Assembly (NCBI GenBank): GCA_023265455.1
Contig: JAHFTQ010000006.1
Span: forward strand, 30,746-94,745
Reading direction: 5' to 3'
DNA: 64,000 bases
Source of the DNA: Parachlamydiales bacterium
GTDB lineage: Bacteria > Chlamydiota > Chlamydiia > Chlamydiales > Rhabdochlamydiaceae
Below the pieces are notes generated by a model. The model made no database searches and was not told the DNA's origin. It saw only the letters and a list, made by a program, of their open reading frames with translations. Positions 38,873 to 47,115 of this stretch are shown piece by piece. Every line of letters starts with the position of its first letter. The first letter of the stretch is position 1. Made by a program: the position numbers and the translations under genes.

Positions 38873-39778
38873 ATGGAAAATATAATTAAGTCGGGTGTTA
38901 GTTATATATCGCAGCAATGGCAGAATAGAAGCCCTATTTTCCCTTTAGCCTCATGGGTTTGTACCTCTGCAGCCATTCAGACATTGGTTAAAAATATTTT
39001 TCCTTCGATGTCAGGCTTGCCTGGAAAATGCCTCTCTTGGCTATCTGCCACGGTGTTGATAGGGTTGAGCTACCCCTATCCCAGAGTGAATATTGCACTA
39101 GGGCCTCTCAGTTGTCTTGCGGCGCTCGCCTATCTGAATTGGCCTTCTCGGGGTGGTCCACTGGAGATCTGCGATCACAAAATTATCGAAGATACTTACT
39201 GCAGTCGTAAACATTTCGTAGTCCAGGACTCCTTTGAATGTAAGAGGCTAGTAGCAGAAAAATCTCGCTTTAAGAGTATTAAGGCAAAACAGGGTGTCTG
39301 GTTAAAGAATGCTTATACGAGTTCAGTTCATGTTTTCGAGGGAAAGTGCATTTGGACAAATGATAAACTGATGGAGTTTCCTGCTGAATCCATTTTCGCA
39401 CGCGATGGATTTGAGTTAGAGGGTGTAAATTGTTTAGGTTCAGCTATTTGTATGAAAGGAATCGCTCTAGCAAAAAAATGTAATTTGTTTGCTATTGATG
39501 CAGCTGAGCAAATAAAGTTAATTAATTCAGTGTGTAATAAAATATTTTTGAGCCCTTCGGGTGAAAAATGTTTGATCAGTCTTGAGGATGCTGTTGTAGG
39601 AGACGTCTATATAACACCAGAGTGCAAGGAAATTAAAATTATTGGGAAGGGCACTATCAGAGGTGGCATTTATTTTGTGGGATTTGAGGGCAAAGTGATT
39701 CGATCTAAGACCATTGCCCTCGAAGGAAAAATTTATCAAAATGTCCGTTTACCTTTCCATTTGACCAAAAAATCGTAA
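38873..39778 (+). CDS. Hypothetical membrane protein, Inc-like bilobed hydrophobic segment
   Basis: Two adjacent hydrophobic helices (CLSWLSATVLIGLSY-PYPRV-NIALGPLSCLAALAYL) lie near the N-terminus. The C-terminus has repetitive G-x-I/V beta-strand-like units. Confidence 0.4.
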   Translation: MENIIKSGVSYISQQWQNRSPIFPLASWVCTSAAIQTLVKNIFPSMSGLPGKCLSWLSATVLIGLSYPYPRVNIALGPLSCLAALAYLNWPSRGGPLEICDHKIIEDTYCSRKHFVVQDSFECKRLVAEKSRFKSIKAKQGVWLKNAYTSSVHVFEGKCIWTNDKLMEFPAESIFARDGFELEGVNCLGSAICMKGIALAKKCNLFAIDAAEQIKLINSVCNKIFLSPSGEKCLISLEDAVVGDVYITPECKEIKIIGKGTIRGGIYFVGFEGKVIRSKTIALEGKIYQNVRLPFHLTKKS

Positions 39779-39909
39779 AAGTTACCTTTCTTTTTGAAAA
39801 AATAGCCGATTTTTAGCCCGATTTTAGCCCACTAGCAAGGTGGAAAATCGTTCTTAATCCATTTATAATTAACAGATTAAAAATTGTCCTTTCTTTTTGA
39901 CCAAAATAG
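39749..39909. repeat. Three direct copies of a roughly 25-nt motif plus a short tandem repeat
   Basis: ttacctttccatttgaccaaaaaat (39749), ttacctttctttttgaaaaaat (39782) and ttgtcctttctttttgaccaaaat (39884). A tandem agccgatttt/agcccgatttt repeat lies between them. Confidence 0.6.
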
Positions 39910-39945
39910 TGATAAATTTACCTTGTAATACGACAAGGAAGGGCT

Positions 39946-41313
39946 ATGTTCAAACGTCTGATCGATTGGCATCTTAAAGCATGGAAGGATCACAAATACC
40001 GCAAGCCCTTACTGCTGCGGGGAGCTCGCCAGGTGGGAAAAACACACGCAGTCAGACAACTCGGTAAACATTTTGACCATATGATCGAGATCAATTTTGA
40101 ACTGGCAAAAGATGCTAAGCCCATTTTTGACAAAGATCTTAGGCCAGAGAGGATTTTGCGAGAATTGGCTGCGTACGTGGGACGAACAAAGATAATCCCT
40201 GGGAAAACACTGCTATTTTTTGATGAAATTCAAGAGGCTCCTGAGGCGATTTTAGCGCTTCGTTATTTTTATGAAGAAATGCCAGAGCTTCACGTCATTG
40301 CAGCAGGCTCGCTTTTTGATTTTGCACTGGAACAGGTGGGGCTGCCTGTAGGCCGGGTTTCAAGTATGTATATGTATCCGCTATCATTCATAGAATATTT
40401 AGCCGCAAGTGGGAATATTGCAGCAGTCCAGACAATTTTAGGGAACCCGAATAAAGAATCGTTTTCTGAACCCATTCATCAATCGCTGATGAGTTTGGTG
40501 GGAGAGTATTTAGCTATTGGAGGTATGCCAGAGGCTGTCGCAAAGTGGGTGGAAGAGAGAAACCCCAAAGAGAGTTTTCAGGTTCATCATGACTTGATTG
40601 CCTCGTATCGGCAAGATTTTGAAAAATACGCTTCTAAACCTCAGATGGAACCTATTGATACCCTTTTTCGTCAAATACCCTCTATGGTTGGAGAAGAGTT
40701 TCAATATAAAAACATTCATGGGGAATTCCGAAAAAGAGAGCTTGCGCCTTGTTTGGATTTGCTTTGCAAAGCCAATGTGGTACACAGGATCCAGCATAGC
40801 GCTGGGAATGGTATTCCTCTGGGAGCTGAAGTCAATTTAGAGTGGTTCAAACTCATTTTAGTTGACGTTGCGCTTTGCCAGGCGACGTTAGGGTTCGATC
40901 TTTCAACATGGTTTTTAGAGCCGGGGCTTGATTTTGTTAATCGGGGATCTATCACAGAGGCGTTCGTGGGACAAGAACTGCTTTGCTATTCTCACCCTCA
41001 TCAAAAAGCCGAGCTCCATTTTTGGAAGCGTCAGGCTAAAAGTAGCACAGCAGAAGTTGATTATCTCTTTGAGTACAATCGAGAGATTGTTCCGATTGAG
41101 GTCAAAAGCGGGGATGGAAGAACGTTAAAGAGCATGCTAATGTTTTTAGAGAATCATCCTGATTCGCCTTATGGGGTGCGGTTTTCAGCGCAAAACTATT
41201 CTCAATGGGAAAAGGTTGATTCAAGGCCGCTCTATGCTGTTTGTTCTTTAGCGCATGAAGAGCAAAAGCAGGCACTAGACTATTTACTTGAGTTTCCCAA
41301 ATTTTTGGCTTGA
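39946..41313 (+). CDS. DUF4143-type AAA ATPase (intact paralog of the IS-disrupted gene)
   Basis: Walker A RGARQVGKTH, Walker B LLFFDEIQE and HVIAAGS. The C-terminal DUF4143-like region ends ...EVDYLFEYNREIVPIEVKSG. Confidence 0.85.
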   Translation: MFKRLIDWHLKAWKDHKYRKPLLLRGARQVGKTHAVRQLGKHFDHMIEINFELAKDAKPIFDKDLRPERILRELAAYVGRTKIIPGKTLLFFDEIQEAPEAILALRYFYEEMPELHVIAAGSLFDFALEQVGLPVGRVSSMYMYPLSFIEYLAASGNIAAVQTILGNPNKESFSEPIHQSLMSLVGEYLAIGGMPEAVAKWVEERNPKESFQVHHDLIASYRQDFEKYASKPQMEPIDTLFRQIPSMVGEEFQYKNIHGEFRKRELAPCLDLLCKANVVHRIQHSAGNGIPLGAEVNLEWFKLILVDVALCQATLGFDLSTWFLEPGLDFVNRGSITEAFVGQELLCYSHPHQKAELHFWKRQAKSSTAEVDYLFEYNREIVPIEVKSGDGRTLKSMLMFLENHPDSPYGVRFSAQNYSQWEKVDSRPLYAVCSLAHEEQKQALDYLLEFPKFLA

Positions 41314-41448
41314 CAGAACTGTTCTCTATAGGCGACCGCAAGGCGCGGGCACGACGGATATAGCCAAGTGGCTATTTCCGAGTGCCCGCAACACAGCGGT
41401 CGCCATAGAGAACAGGAGATGTCAAGCTAAAAATTTGGGAAACTCAAG
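41285..41448. repeat. Family E long palindrome (E1), overlapping the last roughly 10 codons and the stop of the AAA ATPase gene
   Basis: tacttgagtttcccaaatttttggcttgacagaactgttctctataggcgaccgc... pairs with ...gcggtcgccatagagaacaggagatgtcaagctaaaaatttgggaaactcaagta. Confidence 0.85.
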
Positions 41449-41532
41449 TATTTAATAACCGGATAAAAATCAGCTTGTAATCAAAGCGTGAAGCTCCTCA
41501 GATCAACAGGAATGCATAACTCGTCTTCTAAT

Positions 41533-41572
41533 GGAGCAGCGGCCTTTTAAAGAGGACTCCGCTGCTTTTTTT
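41533..41572 (+). terminator. Rho-independent terminator candidate
   Basis: Stem gcagcgg / ccgctgc, followed by ttttttt. Confidence 0.5.
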
Positions 41573-41581
41573 ATTCCTGTA

Positions 41582-41625
41582 TTGACAAAAAATTCACTTT
41601 AGACTAGTCTGAAGTTTAGACTAGT
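41582..41625 (+). promoter_or_regulatory. Candidate promoter and operator of the phd-vapC operon
   Basis: ttgaca at 41582. Two copies of tttagactagt lie 17 bp apart (41598 and 41615). The first contains the perfect 10-bp palindrome agactagtct and overlaps the likely -10 element. Confidence 0.45.
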
Positions 41626-41638
41626 TCAAAGGGGCAAT

Positions 41639-41887
41639 ATGAAACATTTTGGGGCATTTGAAGCGAAATCTCATTTTTCTGAGATTTTAAGAAAAGTCAT
41701 CAGCGGGGAAAAATTCATAATTACAAAACACGGCGTGCAGGTGGCTATGATTATTCCTTTTTATCCCAAGGAAGAAAAGGCCGACTCCGTTAACAATGTT
41801 ATACGAGCATTAAAAAAACTTAAGAAGGGAATAACGCTGGGTAAGAAATTATCAATCAAAAAGATGATTGGTGAGGGCAGAAAATAA
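41639..41887 (+). CDS. Phd/YefM-type antitoxin
   Basis: MKHFGAFEAKSHFSEILRKVISGEKFIITKHGVQVAMIIP is the Phd/YefM N-terminal pattern. Its stop overlaps the vapC start (TAATG). Confidence 0.8.
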   Translation: MKHFGAFEAKSHFSEILRKVISGEKFIITKHGVQVAMIIPFYPKEEKADSVNNVIRALKKLKKGITLGKKLSIKKMIGEGRK

Positions 41888-42333
41888 TGGGGAAAAATCT
41901 CTATGATTTTGTGCTGGACTGCTCAATTACAATGGCGTGGTGCTTTGAAGATGAAAGCACGAACTATACGGATAAAATTCTGGACAGCCTAAACAATTCT
42001 ACTGCGGTTGTTCCAACAATATGGCCTCTAGAGGTAGCAAATGTTCTGCTGATGTCGAAGAAACATAAAAGAATCACGGAAGTTCAATCAGCCAGCTTTA
42101 TTGATGCTCTATCGGCTTTGCCGATCGTTGTTGATCCCTCTACGACAGCTAAAGCCATGCATAGCATTTTTGCTTTGGCGGGAGAGTTAGATCTTACAAT
42201 CTATGACGCCACCTATCTGGAACTAGCTGCCAGAGAAAAAATCCCTCTTTTTACTCTAGATAAAGCTCTCATTAGGGCTGCGAAAAAGCTAAATATTCTG
42301 CTGCAACCTCTACCACATTTCAGTGAAAAGTAG
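41887..42333 (+). CDS. vapC: PIN-domain toxin VapC
   Basis: The acidic residues follow a PIN arrangement: FVLDCS (Asp1), the E in LEVANVL, YDATYLELA (Asp3) and FTLD (Asp4). Confidence 0.85.
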   Translation: MGKNLYDFVLDCSITMAWCFEDESTNYTDKILDSLNNSTAVVPTIWPLEVANVLLMSKKHKRITEVQSASFIDALSALPIVVDPSTTAKAMHSIFALAGELDLTIYDATYLELAAREKIPLFTLDKALIRAAKKLNILLQPLPHFSEK

Positions 42334-42334
42334 C

Positions 42335-42450
42335 CTTTTTGGCTGCGTGAAATCTCCCGCGGTTAAGACATCGTAAGTGGGCCAGTATTAAGTCAATACA
42401 GGCCCACTTACGATCGTGAAATTGCGGCGCTTTGACGCGCTAAAATGTGG
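42335..42450. repeat. Family B palindrome, copy B2 (inverted relative to B1, more degenerate)
   Basis: ggctgcgtgaaatctcccgcggttaagacatcgtaagtgggcc-agtattaagtcaatac-aggcccacttacgatcgtgaaattgcggcgctttgacgc. The arm and loop resemble B1 (ggctgcgtcaaagcctcggggttcaacgatcgtaaag; gtattgattaatac). Confidence 0.7.
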
Positions 42451-42579
42451 CTTTATTTTCTGGAAATGGTATAAGTCAAATTTAGAGAAAGGGGACTCAA
42501 GTAAGAACTCTCCTAAGGTTTTTTCAGAGGTCTGGAATTTTTCAGGGTTTTTATTATCAATTGGCGACACGCCCTAGAT

Positions 42580-42840
42580 TCACGGTCGAGTTCCATCTTC
42601 CAGATAGCGGAGGATTTTTTCTCGCTCCATAGGGGAGAAGTCGTCTCTATAGAATTTTAGGAATAGTTCTTTGCGAAGCTCAGTGGGTGTGATATCGGGA
42701 TTTTCTCGTAAAATGGCTTGTGTGATGATATACTTCGATGTCAGATACATCGACCACCCCATCATTGCTCGTTCTCCAGGAGTTTTATTTTGGATTAACT
42801 CATGCATTTTGGCTTCTATTTCAGGAGATGTATCACGCAT
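42580..42840 (-). CDS. Small hypothetical protein
   Basis: 86-aa ORF (MRDTSPEIEAKMHELIQNKTPGERAMMGWSMY...) with no assignable function. Confidence 0.4.
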   Translation of the reverse strand: MRDTSPEIEAKMHELIQNKTPGERAMMGWSMYLTSKYIITQAILRENPDITPTELRKELFLKFYRDDFSPMEREKILRYLEDGTRP

Positions 42841-42888
42841 GGGGTACCTGGCTATAGGTTTCAGTAAGGTTTAATTCTTTTATCCATC

Positions 42889-45021
42889 TCAAGAAAGCTG
42901 GACCCTGCCTAGAGGTTGGATGCGCATTTCTGGGACGATCTCTTGGTAGGAGACGACGGGCAGATCGGGGAACTCACCTTCGATGAGTTTGCGGCTGAAG
43001 CGGCGGACATCGATGGCGGTGAGGAGCACAGGGGGTTGTCCTCCGGCGGGAGTCGGGGTAATGGTGCTACGCATCGCATGCATGATCATTTGAACAGCGT
43101 CGGGGTCTAGGGCAAGGTAGGAGCCGGCAGAGGTTTGTTTGATGGCTCCGCGGATCATGTCTTCAATGACAGGATCGAGGAGATAGACGGCTAGGACCGA
43201 TTGGCCAAGTGAGTATTTGTAACTGATGTACCGCTTGAGAGACGAGCGGATATATTCGGTGAGGAGGACGGTATCTTTTTCGGTTTGGGCCCACTCGCTG
43301 AGAGATTCTAAGATGGTACGGAGATCTTTGATCGAGACTTGTTCTTGAACAAGTCGGCGGAAGATCTCGGTGAGTTTTTGAAGGGGGACAAGACGGGTGA
43401 CTTCTTTGACGAGGTCAGGGTATGATTTTTCAACAAATTCTAAAATGGCGCGGACTTCTTGGATACCGATGAAATCGCTGGCGTGCATGCGGTAGAAATA
43501 AGAGAGGTGGAGGATGATGACTTCAAGGGGCTTCCAAAATTTGATCCCCGCTTTTTGGAGAACTTCTTGGAATCGATTATCAATCCAAACAGAAGGCAGG
43601 CCAAAAACGGTTTTAGACTGAGTAAAGGGGATGTTGTATTTGCGAAGGATATCGGGAGATTCGTTGACGAGAAGATAGCCTTCTCCAATTCTGCCGCGCA
43701 CGACGGGAACTTCATTGAGAAGAATGGCGTATTCATCGGCTTCTAAATTGGGTGAGTCGGTGCGAACGTGGACTCCGGGGAAGCGGACGCCCAGGTCTTG
43801 ATAGAGGGCATGGCGCATTTTGGGGACCATGTCTTCGATAAAGGTCGTTCCGCCGCGTTCTTTTTTCATGACTTGGGATAGGCTTTTACCGACTTCTAAG
43901 ATAATGGGGAGTGTGAGGGCGTATTCATCAGTAGGGCCGCGGACCATGGCATGTCCACCAGCTTCAGCACCACCGCCTCCTCCGACCATTCCAGAGGCGG
44001 CTTTAGCGGCGGCTTTCTTCGCGCTATTCATCCGGACAATCCCCATGGTTCCTAAGAGAAAGCTGAGAATGATGAAAATCGGTTTTGGCAAGCCAGGAAT
44101 AAACACAAAGAGAAACAAAGCAGCGGCTGCGATCAGGATCGCTTTGGGCTGACCGAGAAGCTGACTTGAGATCTCGGTTCCGAGGTGAGAGTCTTTCTTT
44201 TCACTGGAGACGCGGGTTGTCACGATACCGGCTGTCATCGAAATGAGAAGAGAGGGGAGCTGTGAAATGAGTCCAGATCCAATGGAAAGGAGGGTATAGG
44301 TTTTGGCTGACTGAAGGGCAGTCATCCCATGCATGGTCACTCCGATGATGAGTCCCGCAACGATGTTAATAACAGCGATGACGATACCGGCGATCACGTC
44401 TCCCTTGACGAATTTCATGGCTCCGTCCATCGCTCCGTAAAGCTGACTTTCTCGGGCAAGAGCCAGGCGCAGTTCCCGGGCTTGGTTGGCATCGATGATG
44501 CCGCTTCTCATATCGGCATCGATGCTCATCTGTTTACCGGGCATGGCATCCAAGGTAAAGCGGGCAGCGACCTCAGCGACCCGTTCAGCACCTTTGGTGA
44601 CCACGATGAACTGGACGATGGTGATGATTAAGAAGACGACGCCTCCCACCACAAAGTTGCCTCCCACGACGAAGTTTCCAAATGTTTGGATGATGTGGCC
44701 TGCGTAGGCGTAAAGGAGGATCTGTTTAGTAGCTGAGATTTCAATCCCTAAGCGAAAAAGGGTCGTAATAAGAAGTAGAGAGGGGAACATCGAGAGGTTG
44801 ACGGCTTTGGGGATGTAGAGAGCGACCATCATCAAAGCAATGGAGACCGTCAAGTTGATAGCGATCAAATTATCCAAAAATGCGGGAGTCACTGGCAAGA
44901 CGATCATCATGATGATGGTGATCACAAAAAATGCCAAGATCACGTCGCTGGACTGACTGATAATGCGTAAGATTCTAGCGCCCCCTAAAGAGCGTCCGAG
45001 ATTTGTAAAAAAATTATTCAT
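42889..45021 (-). CDS. sctV: Type III secretion export apparatus protein SctV (CdsV; LcrD/FlhA family)
   Basis: 710 aa. The N-terminal polytopic domain has FLIITIVQFIVVTKGAERVAEVAARFTLDAMPGKQMSIDAD, the FHIPEP signature. A cytoplasmic C-terminal domain follows. Confidence 0.95.
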   Translation of the reverse strand: MNNFFTNLGRSLGGARILRIISQSSDVILAFFVITIIMMIVLPVTPAFLDNLIAINLTVSIALMMVALYIPKAVNLSMFPSLLLITTLFRLGIEISATKQILLYAYAGHIIQTFGNFVVGGNFVVGGVVFLIITIVQFIVVTKGAERVAEVAARFTLDAMPGKQMSIDADMRSGIIDANQARELRLALARESQLYGAMDGAMKFVKGDVIAGIVIAVINIVAGLIIGVTMHGMTALQSAKTYTLLSIGSGLISQLPSLLISMTAGIVTTRVSSEKKDSHLGTEISSQLLGQPKAILIAAAALFLFVFIPGLPKPIFIILSFLLGTMGIVRMNSAKKAAAKAASGMVGGGGGAEAGGHAMVRGPTDEYALTLPIILEVGKSLSQVMKKERGGTTFIEDMVPKMRHALYQDLGVRFPGVHVRTDSPNLEADEYAILLNEVPVVRGRIGEGYLLVNESPDILRKYNIPFTQSKTVFGLPSVWIDNRFQEVLQKAGIKFWKPLEVIILHLSYFYRMHASDFIGIQEVRAILEFVEKSYPDLVKEVTRLVPLQKLTEIFRRLVQEQVSIKDLRTILESLSEWAQTEKDTVLLTEYIRSSLKRYISYKYSLGQSVLAVYLLDPVIEDMIRGAIKQTSAGSYLALDPDAVQMIMHAMRSTITPTPAGGQPPVLLTAIDVRRFSRKLIEGEFPDLPVVSYQEIVPEMRIQPLGRVQLS

Positions 45022-46088
45022 GTAAACAGCTTTGGTTCCTCTTCTCCGGCTTCAAGCCGTTTCAGCCACTGCAGGAGCTCTGCGATAGCCTCATAGGTCT
45101 CCTCAGGTACATAATCGCCGATTTTGCCTTTCTGGGAAAGAGTTTGTGCAAGTTGGACGTTTCTCATGATGGGAATTTGGGCTTCTTGCGCAAAGCGAAT
45201 GATCTGATCGGCGATGAGTCCTTGCCCCATGGTCACAATCCGGGGAGCCGGTTCAATTTCTTCTTTATATTCGATAGCGACCGCGATATGGACGGGGTTT
45301 GTAATAATGGCTCTGGCCCGGCGAGCTGAGATGGGACCTTCTTGATAGGCCATCTCTTGAGCGACTTGCTTGCGGCGGCTTTTCATGTGGGGGTCGCCTT
45401 CCGTGTCACGGTACTCTTGCTTGATCTCAAATTTTTCCATTTTCATTTCTTTCATGAAATTGTGCTTTTGGTAAGCGAGATCGAAAATCGCGATGATCAG
45501 GAAGAAAATGCCGACCCGGATAATGACCTTAACAAGGAAATCAGAGAAAACTGCTGCGCTCCCTAGAACGGGCATGGCAGCTGTGGCGATGATTTCAGGA
45601 ACGCTATTGTAGATCACGGAGTAGATGAGGAGCATGGCTCCAAAAATTTTTAAGATGGATTTAAGCAGCTCAATCAAGGTTTTTAGTTTGAACATGTTCT
45701 TGAGATTGGTCACCGGATTGAGCCTTTTAGGGTCCATTTTAAGGACTTCGCTAGAAAAGACAGGCCCTACGATCAAGAACGAGACTAAGACTCCAGTTAG
45801 GCTTGTGATCACGACAATCGGAAGGCTGCACTCGAGAATGACCATCAAGCACTGGCCTAGGTAGCCTCCCATCCGGTTGGCTATATCTGTGGTTTGCCCG
45901 ATGCTGCGAAATGTCGAAATTAAGTAGCCTCCCATCTGCTGAAAGAGATGCTTAGTGGTAAATAGCACAACCGCGATCGAGGTGACAAAGGTGAAAGCGG
46001 AAGGAAAGTCTTGCGACTTTGCCACCTGTCCTTTTTTACGAGCGTCACGGAGTTTTTTCGGCGTCGCCTTTTCTGTTTTTTCTGCCAT
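45018..46088 (-). CDS. sctU: Type III secretion export apparatus switch protein SctU (CdsU; YscU/FlhB family)
   Basis: MAEKTEKATPKKLRDARKKGQVAKSQD, four transmembrane segments and MKMEKFEIKQEYRDTEGDPHMKSRR. The autocleavage loop reads ITNPVHIAVAI, whereas NPTH is canonical. The start overlaps the sctV stop region. Confidence 0.95.
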   Translation of the reverse strand: MAEKTEKATPKKLRDARKKGQVAKSQDFPSAFTFVTSIAVVLFTTKHLFQQMGGYLISTFRSIGQTTDIANRMGGYLGQCLMVILECSLPIVVITSLTGVLVSFLIVGPVFSSEVLKMDPKRLNPVTNLKNMFKLKTLIELLKSILKIFGAMLLIYSVIYNSVPEIIATAAMPVLGSAAVFSDFLVKVIIRVGIFFLIIAIFDLAYQKHNFMKEMKMEKFEIKQEYRDTEGDPHMKSRRKQVAQEMAYQEGPISARRARAIITNPVHIAVAIEYKEEIEPAPRIVTMGQGLIADQIIRFAQEAQIPIMRNVQLAQTLSQKGKIGDYVPEETYEAIAELLQWLKRLEAGEEEPKLFT

Positions 46089-46131
46089 AGACTTCGCTTA
46101 TTTAAGCATGAACGGTAAAATTTGCCTAGAT

Positions 46132-46298
46132 TTATACCGAACTCTATGGAATAATTAAAATTTATGCGAAGAGATTTTGACCTGAGAGGTGATGAAAAGG
46201 GCCGAGGTAAACTTGAGAAAGTTACTTCGGCCCTTTTCATCACCTCTCAGGTCAAAAGATCGAGCAGAATCTTAACTATTCCATAGAGTTCGGTATAA
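46132..46298. repeat. Family D long palindrome (D1) in the divergent sctU / U-box-like intergenic region
   Basis: ttataccgaactctatggaataattaaaatttatgcgaagagattttgacctgagaggtgatgaaaagggccgaggtaa pairs with gttacttcggcccttttcatcacctctcaggtcaaaagatcgagcagaatcttaactattccatagagttcggtataa. Confidence 0.85.
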
Positions 46299-46316
46299 CA
46301 CCAGGGGATTTAACTT

Positions 46317-47057
46317 ATGGCAGCGCAGCTCGATGTGAAGCATTTTTTAAGGTCGTTAACATGCCCCATTGGGTTAGATCCTCTCAGACAGGCTGTCAAC
46401 TTGTTTCCCTGCTGTCACAAAGTCAATCAGGTTGCTGCCGAAAAGCGCCATGGTAAAATTGTCGAGGGTCATTGTGAGTTAAAAGAAAGATGTGTCGTTT
46501 GTAATACCGAAGTTGTGGACTATGCTCCAGATGACACCATTCGAGACCTTGCTGGGTCTGTTTTTGGTCATGAAAAAGATTTAGAATCTTTGCCAACACA
46601 TCCTTTGGTATTAGAGCAAAAAAGGGCTGAGATCGGCATCTCTTATCCTGGCCCTTCGGCTATTTTTATTTGGACAGGGGGTGAGTGGGATAAGCCTTTT
46701 GATAGTGGTGGGGACTTATGTAGATTAATGCATTTTATGAGTATAACTGATAACTCGTTGTTGGAAGGGTTTCGGCTGTTGGGATACTATGGTGGACAAA
46801 TATCCCTAGCTATAGATTTTAAAAAAGATGGTTCTTTTAAAAAATTTTTAAAGTCTCATCGGATGTTTTGTTCGATTAATGGGTCGTATAGGACCGAAAC
46901 CCTCCAGGAGCTCAAAACGCTCTTTCGCATTATCGCTCTTAATAACGAAATTCCTGCCGATCAATTTAATCAAATTCGACAGATTGTAGAGCGGGGCGCT
47001 TGTGATCCTTTATCAGAGCCTTCACGATCCCCGTTTTTAGGAGGAATTGGTTGGTAA
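46317..47057 (+). CDS. Hypothetical protein with an N-terminal U-box/RING-like motif (candidate E3 ligase-like effector)
   Basis: LTCPIGLDPLRQAVNLFPCCHKVNQVAAEK...CVVCNTEVVDYAPDDTIRDL parallels the U-box pattern: C-P-I, then L-x-D-P-V, then H, then C-P-x-C, then a P-N-x-x-L-R-x-L-like tail. Confidence 0.5.
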   Translation: MAAQLDVKHFLRSLTCPIGLDPLRQAVNLFPCCHKVNQVAAEKRHGKIVEGHCELKERCVVCNTEVVDYAPDDTIRDLAGSVFGHEKDLESLPTHPLVLEQKRAEIGISYPGPSAIFIWTGGEWDKPFDSGGDLCRLMHFMSITDNSLLEGFRLLGYYGGQISLAIDFKKDGSFKKFLKSHRMFCSINGSYRTETLQELKTLFRIIALNNEIPADQFNQIRQIVERGACDPLSEPSRSPFLGGIGW

Positions 47058-47115
47058 ACGGCCTTCTTATTTTGTTGAACTTAAAAATAACATCGTCGAT
47101 ATATAAGAAAGAACA

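Noticed and set aside
42388-42570. A 60-aa minus-strand ORF downstream of vapC.
   Set aside because: It overlaps the B2 palindrome and the spacer, and has no RBS or motif.
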